DNA of 58,154 nt, counting the filler, from Basidiobolus ranarum (taxonomy: Eukaryota), in assembly GCA_040143965.1 (NCBI GenBank). It is 2 parts of 2 records of this genome, joined end to end, with 100 filler letters (N's around TTAATTAATTAA, not from the genome) between each part and the next. Parts side by side here need not be neighbours in the genome. Positions count along the whole stretch, not along the records: positions 1 to 29,054 come from JASJQH010006983.1; 1 more part is not named here. One strand, written 5' to 3'. Below the pieces are notes generated by a model. It did not search any database and was not told the origin of the DNA. It worked only from the letters and a program-made list of their open reading frames with translations. Positions 1-9,167 of the stretch are shown here, one piece after another. Position numbers and translations under genes: made by a program. Numbering within the stretch: the first letter of the stretch is position 1; every line of letters begins with the position of its first letter.

Positions 1-311
1 TGTTTGGGTCGAGTTTGATGACTATATTCACCGTGTCTCCTGCGCCCATGCTCTGCGTGATGTTTCGTCTTTTCGTCAGCGGGAAGCTCACTATGATGAT
101 CTGGTTCTTTCGCACCGGTATTAGCGATAGTAGATGCAGTAGGTGTATGAGTGACTGCCTCGTGTTGGTGACGACTAAGGTTCGTCGAATTTCTCAGGTA
201 TATGGAGGCTGTATCTTGGGATATATCCTTAGTCATGGTACCCGATACATTGGCGTAAATTATGGTCCACAACATCAATACTCCGATTAAAAAGCCGTCG
301 ATCCGAGGCAT
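1..311 (-). CDS. Putative secreted His-rich protein, 5' part (runs off the window edge)
   Basis: ATG at 311 opens a stop-free frame to base 1: MPRIDGFLIGVLMLWTIIYANVSG (signal-peptide-like), then a His/charge-rich tract (EPDHHSELPADEKTKHHAEHGRRRHGEYSHQ). TATA-like TATATATA near 549-556 upstream. Missing from the ORF track because there is no stop in the window. Confidence 0.6.
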   Translation of the reverse strand, partial: MPRIDGFLIGVLMLWTIIYANVSGTMTKDISQDTASIYLRNSTNLSRHQHEAVTHTPTASTIANTGAKEPDHHSELPADEKTKHHAEHGRRRHGEYSHQTRPK

Positions 312-991
312 GCTTAGAAGAAGCATTGATGTATAAACGTTTCTAGGGTTATTCTATTGGCTTCTTAATCCCAAACAATATTCTAGGTAAATTTGGGCGA
401 AAAAGAGGCTAGTTAATGTACAGGTAAGGCCCAGTTAAATGAAGATGAACACTGTTACTTTGAAGTGGCAGGTAACAGAGAAATTAATAGGGTTAAAGTA
501 GAGTTAAGATATTAGAGAACTACAGGCAGGCGAGGAGCTGGGTGCATCTATATATATTTGGCTGAGGCGCATTAGCTCACCTCCCCGATGTCTCATGCAC
601 GATGCTCAAGATAGGACTGACTAGTAACTGTAAATGCAAATCAATATTGTAGGGGAGAATAGTATCTTCAAACTGAATCACAATGCATACCACATTGTCT
701 CTCATAAAGTATTGCTTCAACTCAAAGGTAAATATGCATTTATTGTGACCCAAATTGAAACATCGTGCCAAATGACTACCACCGAGCCTGTGATTGACTC
801 GGGATTGTTTCGTCTTCGACAATGATATTGTGAGTATGCACAATTCCCGTTGAAACAATCGATGGGATGGTTTATTGGAATGGCGGCTGGATTGGTCGAG
901 GAAATCCGAAATAAAAATTACAAGAACTGCGCGTGTCATTATGATATAAACTTTATGTAACTGATATACAGGCATTTGGTGAAAATTAGAG

Positions 992-2233
992 CTATTGTAT
1001 GTTACACTGAGGAGCTGCAGACACTTCCTTAGTGCCAGGAGACATAAGATCTTCAATGTCCGCCGTGCTACAATCGCCCTTGTTCTTTCTCTCAGCTTGG
1101 GTTTCGAGCACAAGCTGCCCGCAAGCTCCAGAGACATCTTGTCCCTTTTCCTGACGGACAGTACAGCGGATGTTGTATTCGCTCTTTAGGATATTCTTGA
1201 AATTAATGATGCTTTCCATTTTAGGTGCGCTGAATTCTATCTCTGGACTGTAGATGGGATTCCAAGGAATAAGATTTACTGTGACATTTCTATGTTTCAA
1301 AAGTTCACCCAGTTCATGGATATGTTCAGGAAGATCGTTGACTCCGGATAATAGCACATATTCAATAAAGACTTTGTTCCCTGTCTTCTCTTGATAGGTG
1401 TCAATAGCTCCCATTAGTTTATCCATTCTATACTGACGAGCACTAGGGACTAGCTTTTCACGGACCTCTTGGTTAGGAGCGTGCAAAGAAAGGGCCAGAG
1501 ATACCTTGGGTAAATCAGTTGCGAGTTTTAAGATGTAGGGGATAATACCGACAGTAGATACGGTTACTCGGGAAGGTTTGAGTCCAAAGTAACGAGGATC
1601 AATCATAAGGCTGACCGCCTGTGAGACACTTTTGTAATTATTAAGTGGTTCTCCCATTCCCATGAAAACAACGTTACGGATGTCTGCTTCTTTTTTAGCG
1701 TGCATCAATTGTTCAATAATTTCAGCTGCGGTTAAACTGCCTTGAATCCCCATTGTACCGGTTGCACAAAAAGTACAAGCCATCTGACAACCAACTTGGC
1801 TAGAGATGCATAAGGTGGCTCTTCTGCTGATTCCATCCGCGACCAGTTTTGGTTTTGTGCCGGGTTCAGAAGGATTTTCTTCGTTTTCTTCAGCCTCAGG
1901 TGTGGGTTTGAAACTTAATGGTTCATAGAACATAATGACAGACTCTACTTCCAAACCATCTTGCAAACGAACGACTAGTTTAATCGTATCACCCGATTTG
2001 GACTCTTTTTTGTGGATAACTTTGCTAGTACTAAGTACATAATTCTGTAATAAATGTTCCTTGGCTTTTTTTGGAAAATCCACAATGTCATCAAAATCAG
2101 TAGTAGAACGGTTAATCAAATGAGAATATAAATTATGCAAATGTTGTGGACGAATCTTCAATTCTTCAAAAGTTTCTTGTACCGAAACTTGGTCGAAGAT
2201 TGACGGAGGATTTAAGGTTCTTTTAGGTGGCAT
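992..2233 (-). CDS. rlmN: RlmN/Cfr-family (class A) radical SAM RNA methyltransferase, intronless
   Basis: LCISSQVGCQMACTFCATG (CxxxCxxC plus the resolving Cys), NVVFMGMGEPL, TVSTVG, LALSLHAP, EYVLLSGVND, VNLIPWNP, GACGQL (methyl-carrier Cys). Confidence 0.93.
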   Translation of the reverse strand: MPPKRTLNPPSIFDQVSVQETFEELKIRPQHLHNLYSHLINRSTTDFDDIVDFPKKAKEHLLQNYVLSTSKVIHKKESKSGDTIKLVVRLQDGLEVESVIMFYEPLSFKPTPEAEENEENPSEPGTKPKLVADGISRRATLCISSQVGCQMACTFCATGTMGIQGSLTAAEIIEQLMHAKKEADIRNVVFMGMGEPLNNYKSVSQAVSLMIDPRYFGLKPSRVTVSTVGIIPYILKLATDLPKVSLALSLHAPNQEVREKLVPSARQYRMDKLMGAIDTYQEKTGNKVFIEYVLLSGVNDLPEHIHELGELLKHRNVTVNLIPWNPIYSPEIEFSAPKMESIINFKNILKSEYNIRCTVRQEKGQDVSGACGQLVLETQAERKNKGDCSTADIEDLMSPGTKEVSAAPQCNIQ

Positions 2234-2863
2234 GTTGACGTTAAGTTATTGCACGCTTGAGGGGAGTTTCACTAATACTTTTACACTGGGAATTTTTTTA
2301 TTTTTTTTATTTTTCACTTTTTCGTTTTTTCACCAGTTAAAATCCATATTGTGGGGGTCATAGGCGGGGGAATGTATTATGTGACAGATTTAGATCTTTA
2401 AATACCATAGCTTTGCGATTCCACGTGGAGTACATGAAATCGAAGTCGCAATACTATAGAGATAAGAATGATTTTCCATCACTGGATTGATGTATGCTAG
2501 TGACCATCAACTTATCCATTTCTGCACAATGAGAAGAGAGTACTTAGGTATGTTAAATGGACATCATAAATGGAAATGATTGGACAAAGAATGTAGACAA
2601 CTCATTCCCAACCATCACCTCTGAGCTCAGTAGGTTCACCGCACACTGCTTACTAATTATACAGTGCATTTCACAAAACTGATTTCTAGATAGCTTCCCA
2701 GATGGGGGCTAAAGCTTCTCATTAACAATATCCAGTGATTCCTAATATTGGACTTCATATCTATTTTAAACCAGGAATATGATGAGGCTGCATACTTTCC
2801 AATAAAAGTTAAAACTTAACTCTTAATACATTCCCACTACACTTGTAATTCACGTCACATAGG

Positions 2864-2905
2864 TGACGTCAATTGAAGTCAACTTGTTGCTTGCTATATA
2901 TATAG
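2864..2905 (+). promoter_or_regulatory. CRE palindrome (TGACGTCA) plus TATA element upstream of the 2943 gene
   Basis: TGACGTCA at 2864-2871, a half-site ACGTCA at 2852-2857, and a TATATATA run near 2896-2904, 40-90 nt before the ATG. Confidence 0.5.
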
Positions 2906-2942
2906 TGATGCACATTCTCTTGGTATCTGATATACTTTCAGA

Positions 2943-5084
2943 ATGGAACATCAACACAATACCACAACAGACATCCCAACATCTCGTCCGCTTACAAAGG
3001 AGCAAGAAGCGCTTCAAACGAAAGAGCATATTACCGAGATAATGCAAGCTGCTCAAGAAGGGTCACTCCCTACGACCGCTCAATTGACTAATGTCATCGA
3101 AAAAATTCAGGAAGAAAACTCACTCCATCAAGCTGCAGAAGAAATGAGTCCAACGGGTAGGAGAGTAATGGCTGATACTGAGAATCTCTTGGACTCAACC
3201 AAGAAGCTATTGAGTGAGAAAAATGCTGACGATCAACTACAAAATGTAATCTACCACTCTAAAAAAAGCGGGATAGGGGCAAGCTCTGTGGATGAAATTT
3301 CTCATGCTAACAATCAACTAACTGGGACTGTAGAAGAAGCGAGAACACTCCTATCTGAAGGAGCTGATAAGATTACCAGAGTAGGGTGGTTGATCGTCAC
3401 TTCTCCTCAACTCCGCCGTCTGATGAATGATATTACTTCTATATTTCAAGAATTTGTTGCTGACAATGTTCCACAACATCCAGAGTCGAACAAAAACGTC
3501 GTAACTTCAGTCGGTTCAGAGTACACAGGATCCTTTAAAATTCCACAAGAACAAGAAGTGCCAGTGGGAGAGGTTGGTAAACGTATGCAAGAAACTTTGC
3601 GACAGAGTGAGACACCTCTCTACGAAAGTGTGAAAGAAACGGCAAGACCATATGTTGAGCAGGCGGAAGATGGGAATATGCCCATAAAAGAAGCTGCTGA
3701 AGAGACGCTACAGGAAATGAAGCAAGGGATTCAACAGCGACTGCAGAATGTCCACCTTTCATCAGCTCAAAAAGATCACTTAATCAACCGTATCAAGGAA
3801 GTGCTCCGTGAACTTCAAAAAAACCCAGAATTCCAGGAAGTCATTGATGAATTAATAAATATTGTCAGCACCTTAAAATCACATGGTATGGCTATTCAGT
3901 CACAGGTAGTTGAAACTGTTCAATCCAAGAAAGAAGAGGGTGAGGACGACTTGAAAATTGCTCGTTCTAACGCTAAGGAGCTAATTGAAAAATTCGCTGA
4001 AAATAAATCGCTGGATCCCTTGAGCAACACAATCAAGGAATTAACCGAAGAACTATCCAAAGACGAAGAATTGTCTTCATTTACGGGAGATGTTAGAGAA
4101 TTTCTCCAGCGTTCTGTTCGGGAATATGAGTTTATCGATCAGCCAGGGTACATGGAAGAAGCACGAAGTCTATATGATAGAGGACAAAATATCTTGGATA
4201 GAAAATATCGAGATTATTTCCAAAATATTAGCAATGAAGCTGCTGATTTTATTCAGGCTTTACAGCACGATCGTACTACTCAAGCATTTACACGTGATCT
4301 AGAGAACCTGACCAGAGATATTTTCCTGGATGAGAGTGGCCAACCAACCATCAAGTATGACCTCGTTAGAGACTTTGTTAAATTGGTTCCAACTATTGCA
4401 AAGAAGTTAGAATACTGTCCACTCCCGCGAGTGGAGAACTCAGACGAACAGTTCAACATAATACTTGACAACATAGTTCTAAAGTGTTCCAACATAACCC
4501 CAGATTATATCAGTGTTAAAACTGATACAGTATTGGACACCAAAGCTGACAGCGACCAAAATATTCACAACAATGTTTACATCAAGTTCGAAAATATTCA
4601 AGTAGAAGCAAAAAACATGGCTTTCTATTACAAGAAAAAAACCTTCCCCAAGATGTCAGACGTTGGATACGTAGACCTCGTCATGCCTGACGATGGTATA
4701 TCGATGGATATGAAGTTGAACACGACTCCTGCACCCGATCCAGTAACTAGCCAAAGCCATGCCTATCAAGTACAGGATGTCAGCACATCGGTGAAGGATC
4801 TAAAACTCAAGATTCATAATTCCAAGCATGATATTCTATACAAGTTACTCTCCCCAATTATCAATTCAAAAGTGAAAAAGGTCGTTCAAGAGCATGTTTC
4901 CTTCAAAATACGCGAAGTGATGATGAGATTGGATGAACAACTGACAAAGATCATGGAGAACGCTAAAGCCCAAGGAAACTCTAGCTTATTGAAAGATAAC
5001 GATGAAACCTCTCGACTGTCTAAAAATCCTATCCCAGATTGGGGATCTCGAGCATATGATTTAAAAGAGCCAACAGCAACATGA
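2943..5084 (+). CDS. HAM1-like / DUF4449-type fungal protein (helical N-terminus, beta-rich C-terminal domain)
   Basis: 713-aa intronless ORF with G.LPT..QL, L.SEKNADDQLQN, PLPRVENSDEQFNIILDNIVL, MAFYYKKKTFPKMSDVG.VD and SKHDILYKLLSP, which I recognise from this uncharacterised fungal family. Confidence 0.75.
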   Translation: MEHQHNTTTDIPTSRPLTKEQEALQTKEHITEIMQAAQEGSLPTTAQLTNVIEKIQEENSLHQAAEEMSPTGRRVMADTENLLDSTKKLLSEKNADDQLQNVIYHSKKSGIGASSVDEISHANNQLTGTVEEARTLLSEGADKITRVGWLIVTSPQLRRLMNDITSIFQEFVADNVPQHPESNKNVVTSVGSEYTGSFKIPQEQEVPVGEVGKRMQETLRQSETPLYESVKETARPYVEQAEDGNMPIKEAAEETLQEMKQGIQQRLQNVHLSSAQKDHLINRIKEVLRELQKNPEFQEVIDELINIVSTLKSHGMAIQSQVVETVQSKKEEGEDDLKIARSNAKELIEKFAENKSLDPLSNTIKELTEELSKDEELSSFTGDVREFLQRSVREYEFIDQPGYMEEARSLYDRGQNILDRKYRDYFQNISNEAADFIQALQHDRTTQAFTRDLENLTRDIFLDESGQPTIKYDLVRDFVKLVPTIAKKLEYCPLPRVENSDEQFNIILDNIVLKCSNITPDYISVKTDTVLDTKADSDQNIHNNVYIKFENIQVEAKNMAFYYKKKTFPKMSDVGYVDLVMPDDGISMDMKLNTTPAPDPVTSQSHAYQVQDVSTSVKDLKLKIHNSKHDILYKLLSPIINSKVKKVVQEHVSFKIREVMMRLDEQLTKIMENAKAQGNSSLLKDNDETSRLSKNPIPDWGSRAYDLKEPTAT

Positions 5085-5493
5085 ACAATGCTGATCGGAT
5101 CATTAATCTGCCTGAGGATGCTAGAGAATGCTTTACAATTTGCAATCAATCCGTAACATAGTTTTTTAGCTCAGATGGCTCAAGTGGCGTTTGTAAGTAA
5201 ATAAAAATATCCCGATTAATGCAAAGTATGTATACTATCAAATAAGTGGACAAAATGGGGGGTTATATTTGGTTAAATGGACAAGTTCAAAAAGTAATCA
5301 AAACTGTTCTCTATGGAAGTTACCAGGTGAGATTCAATTTTACAATGGATAACGGGAAACAACAATTGAGAGGTAAAAGATCGACGGTAGTTACATATAT
5401 ATATAGTGAATATAAATTGAAATCAGTACAAGAAAAAAGAATGAATGTGATTTTTGGTGTCTTTTTAAGAGATCAAGACCTAGAAAGGATCAC

Positions 5494-7981
5494 CTAACTA
5501 TGACACTTCTCCATGGCCATTTCGGAGATGACAAGATCTGCTTCAAGAATCTCTTTATAGCATCGCCATTTTTGAAATTCCAAATAAGTTTCTTTAAGAC
5601 GACGTGTAATATCTGCGGCAGTATCAATGGCTCTTTGTTGAGTACGACGTTGAAGTGGAATCATAACTGAGATTTGCTTCTGGAGAAGGCCGTTGGTGTC
5701 CAGTAGTGTCTGACATTTTAGAATTCGCGTATTTAGATCCTCGATGTGGCTCTATAACAAGTAATGTATGATGGTTAGATAAACTCTCATATAGATCTAA
5801 TTTTGTCTTCTCTATTTGTTTGATGAATACCTGAACTAAGATGTGCCGTTCGAGTTCCTCTTGGGCAATTTCAGATAACGAGAGCTCCGATACTTTATTT
5901 TTAGCTAGCTCATCGGTACCGCGCGGTTTAATTCCAACCGTTTCAAAGGCAGCGATGTAGTTGACTTTGGCCATCCAATCGATCATCTCTTCCTCCGAAT
6001 CGAATCGAAACAAATATTCTCGCTTCGTTGGAGCTACAAGACGAAAGACATATGGGTACGTGTTGTAGTCTTTATCAATCAGACCTATGCAATTCTTTGT
6101 TGATATAATTGAATGTGGCTTAGCAGAAGGAACCAATCCCTAGATAATGAAGAGATGTTAAATAGATATCGTTGCGAAGAAACGACAGAAGAAACCTACG
6201 GTATGATTACCACTATGGCTCTTTCCATTTGGTTTGCTCGAGGGGCCTTCTTGGAAAAATATCAACTGACTACCGCTCAAAACCATCCACAGCTTCTTCC
6301 AACTGCGAATATTGGCGCGCTTTCCACCATGTGTCAGATCGCACTTTCTTCTAACGATGCCGGCTTTGATGCACTTTAGAAAAGTAAAAGAGTCCTCATG
6401 CTCATGAGCAGTCAAGAGTTTAGGTATCGCTACCTGGGAAGGATTGCTCTCTGAGTGATGATTATTGCCAGGAAGTGGAGATTTGTTGGAACTACTTTTA
6501 AGTTTGAAAGCAGTTTTAAGGAAAGCCTCTCGTAGGATAGACTGAGAGCCACGGTAGGTGTATTGGCCACGCTCTGGTTCGAATAAGCTTATTTTAGAAG
6601 CAAGAACATCAGTCGCAAAATGTGCTGACACCTATTGTAGAAATCAGTAAATACTCTATCTTTCTCCAATTCTACATAGATTTATCTTAACATTACATCA
6701 TAAGAGTTAGGGGCGATAGAACCACTGTTTTTATCCAGCATCCTCCGCAACCAAGAAACCTTCGGTGGCTTCGGTTTATTTTCGGAATTAATCTTTTCTC
6801 CATATGAAAATTCAACAGTAGTTACATTATCATATAGAATCTACAAAAGTGAAAACCGTTATAAAGCAATCTTGATGAGAATTCTAACGATAGTAAATTA
6901 CCTCAAGAATTTCTGGAGCTATAATCTCGCCTTGTTCTAGCATCCGTGTCTGACGAACATACTGTTGTTTCGACATCTTTTGCTTGACATGCTTATTATG
7001 AGCGTCAGTATGCAAAAGCATCAACGAAAAAGCTACCGAATAAACAACGTCTTCGAAATATTTAGTATATTGTATAGTGATTGTTCATGACAAAAAGAAG
7101 CACTTACCTGGAAGAAGAAAAAGGTATGGATTTTCTGAATGGTATTTTTGAGCAAATACTTGCATGACCCTATCAATTTGTTGAGCCTCCTTTGGAAGTT
7201 CGTATTGAGCCAGAAATTTCCTTAGATTTATGAAATGTTAAATGAAAAACATGAACACCCCAAAATATGAACACGATTTACTAACCTTAATGCCATATCA
7301 ATAGGCTCGCCAACAAAACTAAATTCCTTCATCAGTTTGTCTATAGAGGAGCCTTCTGTTTGATCTCTATTAATTCCCAAGGTTTAATATTTGAAAGTAA
7401 TACAGGTGAAAAAAAAATATTACTTGGATAATGTGGTAGGTGTAGCATCTACTTCCGGTGCGGCAAGAAGAGTTTCATTTGATGTCTTTTCAAGTGACTG
7501 TACATGGTTGGGGTTATTTTCTACACTTTCTTTAGATGTGTCGTCTATAAAAGATAGAAGTTGGTAGACATTCTACATGTTCGTATATATACGTAAACAA
7601 CATACCGCAAACATCCAGCGTAGATGGATCATTATTAACAGTAGATACAGTTTCCTCTTGAGTTCCAGACTCTTCAACTTCTTCAATCGTTACAGATATA
7701 GTAAGTTTAGAGGCGCGACGAGTAAGTGGGTCTTCAAAAATTTCATTAGCAGAAATACGCTTTTTAGCTGCGTCTGCAGCCTGAGCTTTCCGGTCAAGCA
7801 CTGATATGAAATTGACGTCCCCAAGGTCAAAAGATAATGAATTTGGGCGTTGGTTTAAGGGTAGGGTTCGGGTAAAAGTGGCGATAGTTGTGGTGCGATT
7901 TACTCGAGTTTCCTTTGGCGAATCTTTGGTATATGGTGGGGGTGCTTCGAATAAGGCATTGCTTACATTGGTAGAGGCCAT
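5494..7981 (-). CDS. Sec7 + PH domain Arf guanine-nucleotide exchange factor (Syt1-like), about 9 exons
   Basis: Spliced Sec7 motifs PIDMALRKFLAQYELPKEAQQIDRVMQVFA and VAFSLMLLHTDAHN; PH domain KAGIVRRK...SWKKLWMVLSGSQLIFF...YVFRL...DWMAKVNY. Introns about 7545-7605, 7367-7423, 7221-7285, 7051-7107, 6841-6901, 6632-6696, 6140-6199, 5752-5830. Last exon 5751-5494. Confidence 0.88.
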
Positions 7982-9167
7982 ACGAAACTAGTATATAATG
8001 AACGTTACTTAAAAGGACGGTTATTAAACACTGCAGAAAAGGTGACTCAAAACCAGAGAAAAAGAATCCCAAAACTGATATTTACAAAAGTTGGAAAAGT
8101 GTTAAGAGTAGATGGGGGAAAAGGCCAGAATCAATCAGGTTGGGTTAATATATTAATATTTCGATGGGTATTTTTTTTACAGGAAATGGAAGATATTATA
8201 TTTAAGTATCTGACAGCTGGTGACATCTCTGCTTAAGCATTGCCATTTTTCGTAATTGGTGTCGGCTGTGTTCCATGACTCGGTCAATATAGGCAGACTT
8301 CCAATGAATTATGTCACCGAACCAAATGTAGAAGAAATGGCTAATTTGTGGATAAAATGGAGAAATCAAATATCGACAATTGGGGTCGGGTCGAGATTGG
8401 TAGTGAGGTCAATAGACTGACTAACCCGAAGGAGAGAGCTGGGCAACTGCTCAACAGCTCTGATCCATATGCGGAGAATATGTTTTGCAATGATCGGATT
8501 GTTCTGTAAACATGGGTTGATTCATGGATTGATTCGAGCATTTCCTATTTGGAAAAGCATCCATATCTCTATGTCTAGAACAAAGAGGAATGGTGATTAG
8601 ATGAATGCGCATGTTGGCTGTATGGTTAGTGTCTTGTTTAGTGATTCTCGTGATTCTCGGAATCAACAAACAGCCCCAAGGTGCGTTGGGTCGTGAGTGT
8701 ATTGAGGAGCTAGAATATGACAAAGGTACGATGCCAGCCTTTCCAGTGCTTTCACAAAGCAGTCGTGTGCTGTTGCTTCTTCGGCATTTTACCGTCATCT
8801 GTTGTTGTGCATTAATTGAATGCGTTCTATGTCTCAGCTTACTTCTCGACTCGGTGAAACAAATTGCGGACCATGGTCATTACGGTTAATCACGATTTCA
8901 TCAGCAGTGCCCATCGACTAATAATCGGCATTAATCAGATGGAACTGAAACAACTTAGCATCTAAGAGTTGTTGTTTGTTTTGAACAATATCTTGATTAT
9001 TCCAATGGACATTACTTTTTCTTATTGAAAAGCAAAAATGGCATCATGATGGGTAGAAAATGATGGATAAAACCTGATAGCACTCACGCGGTATTGTGAG
9101 AATTATCTAATAGTATATTTAGTTGGTTTTGGTTTGACACGCGCTTCATTCGCAAAGTTTATTGAGT

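Noticed and set aside
577-1137. 186-aa ORF overlapping the rlmN-like 3' end
   Set aside because: Alternative frame plus UTR, non-protein-like composition, no motifs.
5167-5200. TAGCTCAGATGG, resembling a tRNA A-box (similar at about 2624)
   Set aside because: No B-box (GTTCGA) or cloverleaf follows.
8341-8889. Short ORFs between the Sec7 gene and DBF4; STGKAGIVPLSY resembles the end of an SH3 domain
   Set aside because: The rest of an SH3 fold (WW, ALYDY) is absent and no coherent exon chain was found; most likely promoter DNA.
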